This document shows positions 57,344-64,000 of a stretch of 64,000 bases of DNA, piece by piece. A program made the translations under genes and the position numbers. Each line of letters begins with the position of its first letter. The stretch's first letter is position 1. Where the stretch lies: positions 1 to 64,000 of IMG/VR virus record IMGVR_UViG_3300037827_000551; one strand, written 5' to 3'. The stretch comes from a virus. The notes under the pieces were generated by a model that saw nothing but the letters and a program-made list of their open reading frames with translations, did no database searches and was not told the DNA's origin.

Positions 57344-58474
57344 ATGGGTTTGCCACTTCTAAACTACCCCGCCGTTCTCGGATTCGGCGGTATCATTGAG
57401 TCGATCACCAATATCCAGGGCGAAGGAGGCCAGGGATTAACGTGGGGGATTGACCAGATTGAACAGGCGTGGCAAGGATCACGCCAGTACATGAACACAC
57501 TTCGCATTATCACTAACGGTGCGTATACGGGTCCAATCCAGATTATGGAGGAATTGATCGGATGTGGCGTTGTGATTGGTGCTCCATATGTTTACCCGAT
57601 CCCCGAATTCGGCGTGAATGCGAACCCGGCGTCATTCTTTCCGACGGAGCAAGACACGGGTTCGTTCGTCCAGCGAGTTAATCTCGTTCCCGAGGCCGAA
57701 GACGGCCTTCAGTGGCTTTGCCATATCGAGTATGGTTCGTACTATATCTGGCACGAGTTGGGAACGACCAATGCCACGTTTTGCTCGTTCCTGCCGACGG
57801 ACTTCAAGCCGATAGTCAGGTGGGGAACACAGAAGTACCAGCGATACTATCCGACTGATGCGTTTGGCAATCCCTACGTGAATACGGCCGGTATTGGATT
57901 GATCAATCCGCCGTACCGCGAAGAATCGACGCAAACCCTGACGATCATCATTTGGCAGTCAGAGTACATCGAACCTCTTTTTCAATCGTACCGGGATACA
58001 GTGAATCTCAATCCGTTTTTTACCTTTGACCCCTACCAAGCTAAATGTAGAGACATTGACGGCGAGCGAATCTACACGGCGGATTATGGCTACGTTTGGC
58101 GGGTCAAGTATGAGTTTGAGATGAGGCAGGTCACGATCAATTATACGCCCCAGTCAGGGGGTCCGGCCGTCAAAAATGTGTACGGGTGGCAAGACTTGGT
58201 TCTCAATGCGAGTTATTATGCGTTCGGTGGAGCCACGGGTGCCCTGGGGCCGATTTTGCCGATCCTGGTTAATGGCCAGCCGGTATCGCACCCAATGATC
58301 CTGAATCAAGACGGAACTTGTACTCTTATATCGCCATTCCCCAATGTGGTCGGCACTATTCCGGTTCAGAATTTAAAGGGAAACCAAGCCTTGTTCATTC
58401 CGTTTTATAACTACCCATACTCAGATTTTGATGATTTCAATTTCCCACCAGACATGCTCTCTACTAATCAATAA
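57344..58474 (+). CDS. Distal tail / hub protein
   Basis: Position after the TMP; D..GNP.VNTAG...YRDTVN..F...WRVKYEF..GW...LNA.Y pattern. Confidence 0.65.
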   Translation: MGLPLLNYPAVLGFGGIIESITNIQGEGGQGLTWGIDQIEQAWQGSRQYMNTLRIITNGAYTGPIQIMEELIGCGVVIGAPYVYPIPEFGVNANPASFFPTEQDTGSFVQRVNLVPEAEDGLQWLCHIEYGSYYIWHELGTTNATFCSFLPTDFKPIVRWGTQKYQRYYPTDAFGNPYVNTAGIGLINPPYREESTQTLTIIIWQSEYIEPLFQSYRDTVNLNPFFTFDPYQAKCRDIDGERIYTADYGYVWRVKYEFEMRQVTINYTPQSGGPAVKNVYGWQDLVLNASYYAFGGATGALGPILPILVNGQPVSHPMILNQDGTCTLISPFPNVVGTIPVQNLKGNQALFIPFYNYPYSDFDDFNFPPDMLSTNQ

Positions 58475-58481
58475 TTAAATA

Positions 58482-58895
58482 TTGATAGAAATCAATACAC
58501 GAAATACCCTGTTTAGCCCCCGAATGGCCCGTCACGTGGTTGACGGCACCGAGCGAATCGAGGGCCAGTTCTATCCGCTTCTGCCAACTCCACAGCGATT
58601 CGCCTATTGGACTCCGTCGATCGTCGAGGCCGTGGTGACCACGGCGATACCGCCTTTCAATTCATCGACGAATTCCTACGGTATCGGAGCGGCCCAGATC
58701 TACCTCGATGACGCGAATTCGGTGACCCAGGTTGATGCGGCATATTTGCAGCCTGAAGGGGCGAACACGAATTCAGTGGTGGTGCTGAATTGGTTGACAG
58801 GGACTGGCACGATCGCCGTCAACACGCATATTCTGATCGCCCCCCGTAATGGAAACTGGCGACTCGTAACAGGTGATTGCAACAATAGTGGATAG
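58482..58895 (+). CDS. Tail tip protein
   Basis: Position; ends with W.LV..DC. Confidence 0.6.
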   Translation: MIEINTRNTLFSPRMARHVVDGTERIEGQFYPLLPTPQRFAYWTPSIVEAVVTTAIPPFNSSTNSYGIGAAQIYLDDANSVTQVDAAYLQPEGANTNSVVVLNWLTGTGTIAVNTHILIAPRNGNWRLVTGDCNNSG

Positions 58896-58920
58896 GAGAT
58901 AAGACATCGCCACCCTTCAG

Positions 58921-60855
58921 ATGTATGATCGCACGCGAGAGACTAGTTCTACAAATGGAACCGGCACCATTTCGCTTCTCGGGGCCGTCACGGGGTATCA
59001 GTCCTTCGCGGTGAGCGTGGGCGATGGCAATCAGTCGTATTACACGATCGCGGATCAGACTGGGGGGAACTGGGAGGTTGGGATTGGGACCTACACCCTC
59101 TCTGGATCAACCCTATCCCGCACTACGGTTCTCTCCTCATCCAATTCCAACGCCCTGGTCTCATTCGGATCTAATGTCAAGGATGTCTTCGTCACCTGTC
59201 CCGCCACGATCCTGACTGAGATAGGCACCGGTGGTGGGACTGTCACGTCATTCAACACCGGCGCGGGACTCACTGGTGGTCCTATTACAACAACCGGAAC
59301 CGTCGCCGTTAACTCTAACGGCATCACGGCCGGCCTATTTCGCCAGTCAAATTCATTTAGTCTCGTGGGAAACCCCACGAACGCCACAGCGAACGTCGCC
59401 GATATCTCCCTGGGATCAGGGTTGTCGTTCTCCGGAAATTCCCTGGTTGCGGCTGTCGGCACTGGCACCGTGACCCAAGTCAACACGGGCACCGGGCTTG
59501 TGGGTGGCCCGATCAACACGACGGGAACGATCAGCCTGAATTCACCTGTGGTGGTCGCCAACGGTGGCACGGGTCTCATGACCCTGCCAAATGGGGCGGT
59601 TCTGATCGGCAACGGGACGAGCGTCGTCAACTTCGCCGTCACGGGCACGAACGGCCAACTCCTGATCGATCAGGGCTCAGGCAACAACCCAGCTTTCGAG
59701 CCCATGTCAGGCGATGCGGTTATTGCGAAAACCGGAGCGATCACGGTTAGTAAGACCAATGGAACGTCCTTTGCTCCGTCGGCCACGATTGATGCGACTA
59801 ACGCCGGCAATATCACCAACGGCACCCTTGTTGTCGCCCACGGTGGCACGAGCATTAATTCGACGTCGCCGTACGCCCTTTTGTGCGGTGGAACCAATTC
59901 CACGGCACCTCTTCAGCAGGTCGGCAGCCTCGGCAATTCCGGCTATGTACTGACCTCGAACGGCAATGGGTCGCTTCCAGTCTGGACATCGCCATCATCA
60001 GGGGGCACCGTCACCTCGATCACTGCGGGGACTGGACTAAATGGGGGTACGATCACGACGTCCGGCACGTTCAGCCTGAATTCACCTGTGGTGGTCGCCA
60101 ACGGTGGCACGGGAAATACTAGCCTGACGGCCTACGCGGTTCTTTGCGGCGGCACGAATTCGACGGCGGCCCTTCAGCAAGTGAGTGGATTAGGGACCAA
60201 CGGACAGGTGCTCACATCGGCTGGAGCAGGGGCATTGCCGGCATGGCAGCCCGGCGGTGGCGGATCGGGCACCGTGAACTCGGGGACCACCCCGCAGGTC
60301 GCCTGGTACGCATCCAATGGCACGACCGTCTCAGGTCGAGCTGGACGCTACGCCCTCTTCACGATGACCGCCACGGCGACGGTAGTCAATACGGGCACTG
60401 AAACCACCCTGATCGGCTCGGGTACTGGCTCGCTCACGATTCCAACAGCGGATATTATCGCGGGCAAGACAGTCCGTTTTAGAGCCATGGGCTATTGGTC
60501 GAGTTTGGGGGCGGTCGCGGGTAATGTCACGTTTAACTTCAAGGCTGGCTCGAATGTGCTGGCGACGAGCGGGGCGGTCGCGGTCCCCTTAAGCCTAAGT
60601 AACGACTACTGGGAAGTGACGGCCGAGATCACGATCTACTCAATCGGGGGCTCCGGCACTGTTTGGACCCAAGGGAAATTCCTATCCGAAACCCCGGCAC
60701 TCGGGGCCTTTGTCGCGGGCATGGTGACGACGACGCCATCCAATTTCGCGGGGACTCCGCTCACGAATCCTCTTGATCTCACGATCACGTGGTCGGTGCC
60801 GTCGTCGTCAAACACGATCACTTGCACTAACGTCGCTGTTGACACCATAAACTGA
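58921..60855 (+). CDS. Tail fiber protein (start possibly ATC 58906)
   Basis: DRTRETSSTNGTGTISLLGAV.GYQSF anchor domain; GTVTS..G.GL.GG.ITT.GT, VANGGTG and GQVLTS repeats. Confidence 0.85.
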   Translation: MYDRTRETSSTNGTGTISLLGAVTGYQSFAVSVGDGNQSYYTIADQTGGNWEVGIGTYTLSGSTLSRTTVLSSSNSNALVSFGSNVKDVFVTCPATILTEIGTGGGTVTSFNTGAGLTGGPITTTGTVAVNSNGITAGLFRQSNSFSLVGNPTNATANVADISLGSGLSFSGNSLVAAVGTGTVTQVNTGTGLVGGPINTTGTISLNSPVVVANGGTGLMTLPNGAVLIGNGTSVVNFAVTGTNGQLLIDQGSGNNPAFEPMSGDAVIAKTGAITVSKTNGTSFAPSATIDATNAGNITNGTLVVAHGGTSINSTSPYALLCGGTNSTAPLQQVGSLGNSGYVLTSNGNGSLPVWTSPSSGGTVTSITAGTGLNGGTITTSGTFSLNSPVVVANGGTGNTSLTAYAVLCGGTNSTAALQQVSGLGTNGQVLTSAGAGALPAWQPGGGGSGTVNSGTTPQVAWYASNGTTVSGRAGRYALFTMTATATVVNTGTETTLIGSGTGSLTIPTADIIAGKTVRFRAMGYWSSLGAVAGNVTFNFKAGSNVLATSGAVAVPLSLSNDYWEVTAEITIYSIGGSGTVWTQGKFLSETPALGAFVAGMVTTTPSNFAGTPLTNPLDLTITWSVPSSSNTITCTNVAVDTIN

Positions 60856-62030
60856 TGCTGGGAATCGCACCCGAATCCGCGACTCCGATTTCCGCTCTCT
60901 GGCCACTGGAAGTTCCTGGCCCGGCTCCGAGCGGTGGCCCTGGCATCGGCTGGCTTGCGTGCGGTTGTTGCGCGGGTGGCTGTTCGGTAACCATTTGCAT
61001 AACCGGCTGCCCGGACGGAACCCCACTCCCTGGCGCCAGCGTTACAGTCTTGAGCGGTGGCATTCCGGTCAGCGATTGTACCACGTCAGTGATCGCCGGT
61101 TGTTGCGTGGTATCGATCCCGTCAAGCGGACTGTACGAGGTCATGATTGCCGCCAGCGGTTATATCACTTATAGTATAACCCAGACCTTGACATGCGGTG
61201 ATTCGTACGTGATCGAGATGACCCCGACCGGGTTGTCGGCCGTCATGTTTTCGATCGGCGGCTGCAATGCGATATTTTCCATGCTCCCCGGCGCGCTCTG
61301 CGAGGTCGCGGGGCAATCCTGCACTACAGACGCACTTGGCCAGTGCACGATCTCGTACGTGCCCGCTGGAACTTATACTTGGACTGTGAGCAAATCTCGT
61401 TATGCCACACAGAGCGGCTCTATTACAGTTTCAGCTTGCGGTACAGGATTCGTAACTCTTAACCTTTTGCCGGCGAGCGGATATGCCTTCGTCTATTCCA
61501 GCCCAGGAATTTGCTGCTACCAGGACCCGGCTCCGACCACGCTTTCGTTGACCGACACAGCAACTGGGGCGTGCGCGATGGCGTACAGTTCCTTGACCCA
61601 GGTCTGGACTGGGTCAGTGACATGGGACTTCCCATCTTACTGCGCTTTATCGGCATCTCCAGGATCTGTGATTACTTACACGTGGCCATCAACTGTCGCT
61701 GGCTATCCTGGTTGCGGAGTTGGAATTAGCATCGCTCCACCGTCGTGTGCCAATGGGCTTGAGGTTAGTAATTTCGCTCCACCGCCGAATCCATGCTGCA
61801 TTAATCAGGTTGGATACTATTTGACCGAATGCTGTGTCGGTGACCCGTCTTGTGGGCCGCAGTCATTGACCCTGAGTGCCGACGTTCCGGTCGACGTCGA
61901 GCAGGTCATGACACCATGTGACCCGACTGGGATTTTCGACGGTGATGGCATCTATATTTGCAGTTGCGGAAACACGGGTGGTTGCTGCTATTCGGCTGGA
62001 GCCGCCAACACAATCACGATCACGGAGTGA
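60855..62030 (+). CDS. Cys-rich tail-associated protein with two prealbumin/carboxypeptidase-like domains
   Basis: MLGIAPESATPIS N-terminus, CGCC, LPGA.V...TTD..G repeats, many Cys. Confidence 0.7.
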   Translation: MLGIAPESATPISALWPLEVPGPAPSGGPGIGWLACGCCAGGCSVTICITGCPDGTPLPGASVTVLSGGIPVSDCTTSVIAGCCVVSIPSSGLYEVMIAASGYITYSITQTLTCGDSYVIEMTPTGLSAVMFSIGGCNAIFSMLPGALCEVAGQSCTTDALGQCTISYVPAGTYTWTVSKSRYATQSGSITVSACGTGFVTLNLLPASGYAFVYSSPGICCYQDPAPTTLSLTDTATGACAMAYSSLTQVWTGSVTWDFPSYCALSASPGSVITYTWPSTVAGYPGCGVGISIAPPSCANGLEVSNFAPPPNPCCINQVGYYLTECCVGDPSCGPQSLTLSADVPVDVEQVMTPCDPTGIFDGDGIYICSCGNTGGCCYSAGAANTITITE

Positions 62031-62032
62031 TT

Positions 62033-62422
62033 ATGGAGTGGCCCGAGGCTCTTGAATCCGAGGTGGCTCGCACCAAGAATGAACGACTCCGCGAACTGTG
62101 CGGCGAGACACATCCGGATCACGTGGTCCACCGCCAGCGAGTCTTGGCTAAGGCAATAAATGGACCGAAAGCCCTCGCGTATCCGTCATTGCTAGAGCAG
62201 GCGGGAAACGCCATTGGGGCTCTCGGTCGAGTTGCTGGAGCGGCTATTCAGGGGAAACCGGTTCTGGTTGATATTGACGAGAAGAACCGACGGCTGGCGA
62301 TTTGTGACACATGCGAGTTTTTTGATCACGCTCGGGAGCGATGTTCAAAGTGTGGATGTCCCGCCAAGCTCAAGGTGGCACTAGCTACCGAGATTGGGCA
62401 CTGTCCTATCGGACTTTGGTGA
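62033..62422 (+). CDS. Cys-rich DUF6171-like protein
   Basis: RRLAICDTCEFF...CSKCGC..K..LA...CP.G.W. Confidence 0.75.
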   Translation: MEWPEALESEVARTKNERLRELCGETHPDHVVHRQRVLAKAINGPKALAYPSLLEQAGNAIGALGRVAGAAIQGKPVLVDIDEKNRRLAICDTCEFFDHARERCSKCGCPAKLKVALATEIGHCPIGLW

Positions 62423-62576
62423 TCTGGGGCATGTAATACGGTTCCAGTTTCGGCGAATGGTTCGGTTTCCCCGCATGTAGATCGGGGACCGAGAGCCGCT
62501 CGATGATGAGCGACGCCGCGATAACCGAGGTGGCAAGCACAAGCCCGACGGCAAGGCACTGGATCATTCCACGCAT
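62406..62576 (-). CDS. Small membrane peptide
   Basis: GAGGAG RBS; MRGMIQCLAVGLVLATSVIAASLIIE. Confidence 0.45.
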   Translation of the reverse strand: MRGMIQCLAVGLVLATSVIAASLIIERLSVPDLHAGKPNHSPKLEPYYMPQITKVR

Positions 62577-63031
62577 TTCCGATTCTCCTCAATAAGCCCA
62601 AGAGCCGTTCTTAAGCACTCTTCCCCAAGTCTGACACAGTCAAATGAACGTTTCTCGCATTCATTGCATCTCTGGGATGCCAGGGAATGGAACAGCGCCA
62701 ACAGGGCAAAAGCCTCAAATGAACGTTTCTCGCATTCATTGCATCTCTGGGGGCAGACCCAAGATGGGTTACCGATGATCGCGGCTACATCTTGGGCGGT
62801 CGCAGTTTCCAGGTTTAACTGTTCAAGTTTGGCGAAGATGTCATCGCTGCGCTCGTCACCCAGTACTTCAACATCTTGTGGGTACTGCGATTTCCACCGC
62901 GATGCCACCGACCGGACTTGCTCTCGCTCATTCATGATTTGCACGCTATCGACTCCATCAAGAACCTGGGTGATCGACCGAAGATTTTCCGATCGGCTTT
63001 TTTCGACCGCCGTCGAGGTGGCATGCGACAC
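62564..63031 (-). CDS. Zn-finger phage protein carrying an in-frame 75-bp duplication/insertion
   Basis: RWKSQY...AAIIGNPSW..CNEC; QRCNECEKRSF duplicated. Confidence 0.7.
   Translation of the reverse strand: MSHATSTAVEKSRSENLRSITQVLDGVDSVQIMNEREQVRSVASRWKSQYPQDVEVLGDERSDDIFAKLEQLNLETATAQDVAAIIGNPSWVCPQRCNECEKRSFEAFALLALFHSLASQRCNECEKRSFDCVRLGEECLRTALGLIEENRKCVE
62640..62751. repeat. Repeat-spacer-repeat: exact 37-bp direct repeats around a 38-bp copy of 41451-41488
   Basis: TCAAATGAACGTTTCTCGCATTCATTGCATCTCTGGG at 62640-62676 and 62715-62751; spacer matches 41451-41488 at 37/38. Confidence 0.92.
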
Positions 63032-63476
63032 AGGCTGATCTTGTCGCTTTGGGGTTGCCTACGGCATTGACGATAACTCCGACGAGTTGATCATTGAGAT
63101 AAAGTTCGTTGGTTATGGGGTCGAAACAATCGAAGCGGATCGCGTCACCGCAAATCGAGCACGACCTCTCTTTTGCAACCGTCATCATAATCCGTCCTAG
63201 TTCTGGTTTTGCCTGAATTTTCGCCCATTCCTTGAAAATCACGTCGGGATCAAAATTCGTATTATTGGCGGCATTGAACCGCACCACGACAGCCTTGATC
63301 TCTCGTTCCCACACTTCATACGATTTGAGAAAGTTGGCTTGGGACACGGGCCAGATCAGGGCGAATAGCTCGGTTTTCACTTGTTCGTGGATTCCGGACA
63401 CCATTGCCACTGGATTGCGATTGAAGCGGAGGAGTGCGAGAAAGGGATCAAACTGAGCGTCGTCGTCGATCCTCAT
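62958..63476 (-). CDS. Hypothetical protein with CxxC motifs
   Basis: GGAGG RBS; ATGA overlap with the PEP-CTERM gene; CSIC...CVAC. Confidence 0.6.
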   Translation of the reverse strand: MRIDDDAQFDPFLALLRFNRNPVAMVSGIHEQVKTELFALIWPVSQANFLKSYEVWEREIKAVVVRFNAANNTNFDPDVIFKEWAKIQAKPELGRIMMTVAKERSCSICGDAIRFDCFDPITNELYLNDQLVGVIVNAVGNPKATRSACVACHLDGGRKKPIGKSSVDHPGS

Positions 63477-63847
63477 TGCCACTTCCTCCACAAAAGCACC
63501 GCGCTCAATCCAATAGCCCACAGAACCCACGACGATGGTTCGGGAACGCCTCCGCCTTGTGGTGGGCCTGGCGGTGACGAAGACTGCGTCACGTGTCCTG
63601 GAGTCGACGGAGGCGGCTCGCTCGCGACGAGTGACTCCTTGATCCATTCGCCGAGCCGGGGATGATAGTGAGTGAATCGCAGGGGATTGAGTTCGTACCT
63701 GGCCTCGATATAGATCACAAATGGCGTGGACGGTAGGATGTCGCCGTGGGTCTCGCGATAGGCTTCGAGGACCTTGTTTTCGTGGGCCTCAAAACTCCGC
63801 GTGATCCACTCGGGGTTGAATTTGGGTAGCGGGTCAACTCGGGACAT
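63473..63847 (-). CDS. PEP-CTERM sorting-domain protein
   Basis: C-terminal VPEPSSWVLWAIGLSAVLLWRKWQ (VPEP + TM + basic residues); GAGGAG RBS. Confidence 0.85.
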   Translation of the reverse strand: MSRVDPLPKFNPEWITRSFEAHENKVLEAYRETHGDILPSTPFVIYIEARYELNPLRFTHYHPRLGEWIKESLVASEPPPSTPGHVTQSSSPPGPPQGGGVPEPSSWVLWAIGLSAVLLWRKWQ

Positions 63848-64000
63848 TGGGGTCTCCTCAGCAAGAACAAGAGAAATACTTGGCTAGTTTGTCTGGGGCG
63901 ATTAGGTTTCCAGGGCGTCAGTCGCCACGGTTCGCTTGTTGCTCACTGGGTTATCCTTCCGGGTTTGTCTTCTGCCGCGAAGTCCATTCCAGATCGCAAG

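Noticed and set aside
59532-60113. Exact ~42-bp repeat CAGCCTGAATTCACCTGTGGTGGTCGCCAACGGTGGCACGGG
   Set aside because: Ordinary in-frame tail-fibre domain duplication.
62640-62751. Calling this (or 14883-14988) a bona fide CRISPR array
   Set aside because: Each has only two repeats, the two loci have unrelated repeat sequences derived from coding DNA, and there is no leader or cas gene in the window. Reported as repeats and findings instead.

Overview
A ~64 kb segment of an HK97-type siphovirus genome (phage or prophage). The host is most likely a Planctomycete: the window has a DUF1580-like excisionase HTH, a PEP-CTERM protein and Cys-rich tail-end proteins. Layout: (1) 1-21.1 kb, + strand, accessory, DNA-metabolism and lysis-like genes (ParB-like protein, C5 and N4/N6 DNA methyltransferases, DUF1064-like nuclease, two paralogous papain-fold peptidases, holin-like proteins, several structured/tRNA-like intergenic RNAs), ending in an HNH gene. 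(2) 21.1-28.2 kb, a leftward cassette of small, often acidic genes with sigma70 promoters and repeated ribosome-binding elements, ending at an RHH gene flanked by 28-30 bp perfect palindromes, next to a probable cos region. (3) 28.3-62.4 kb, packaging, head, neck and tail genes heavily interrupted by morons, including a replication initiator with iterons, an HslV-like protease, a glycosyltransferase-methyltransferase and a 2378-aa repeat/glycoside-hydrolase-like protein. (4) 62.4-64 kb, leftward morons. The most unusual signals are two in-frame 'repeat-spacer-repeat' insertions (37-bp target duplications around 32-38 bp copied from distant late-region genes of the same genome), a C5 methyltransferase whose motifs are spread over all three forward frames, and large tRNA-like RNAs. 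All protein calls come from motif recognition by eye; no database searches were run.
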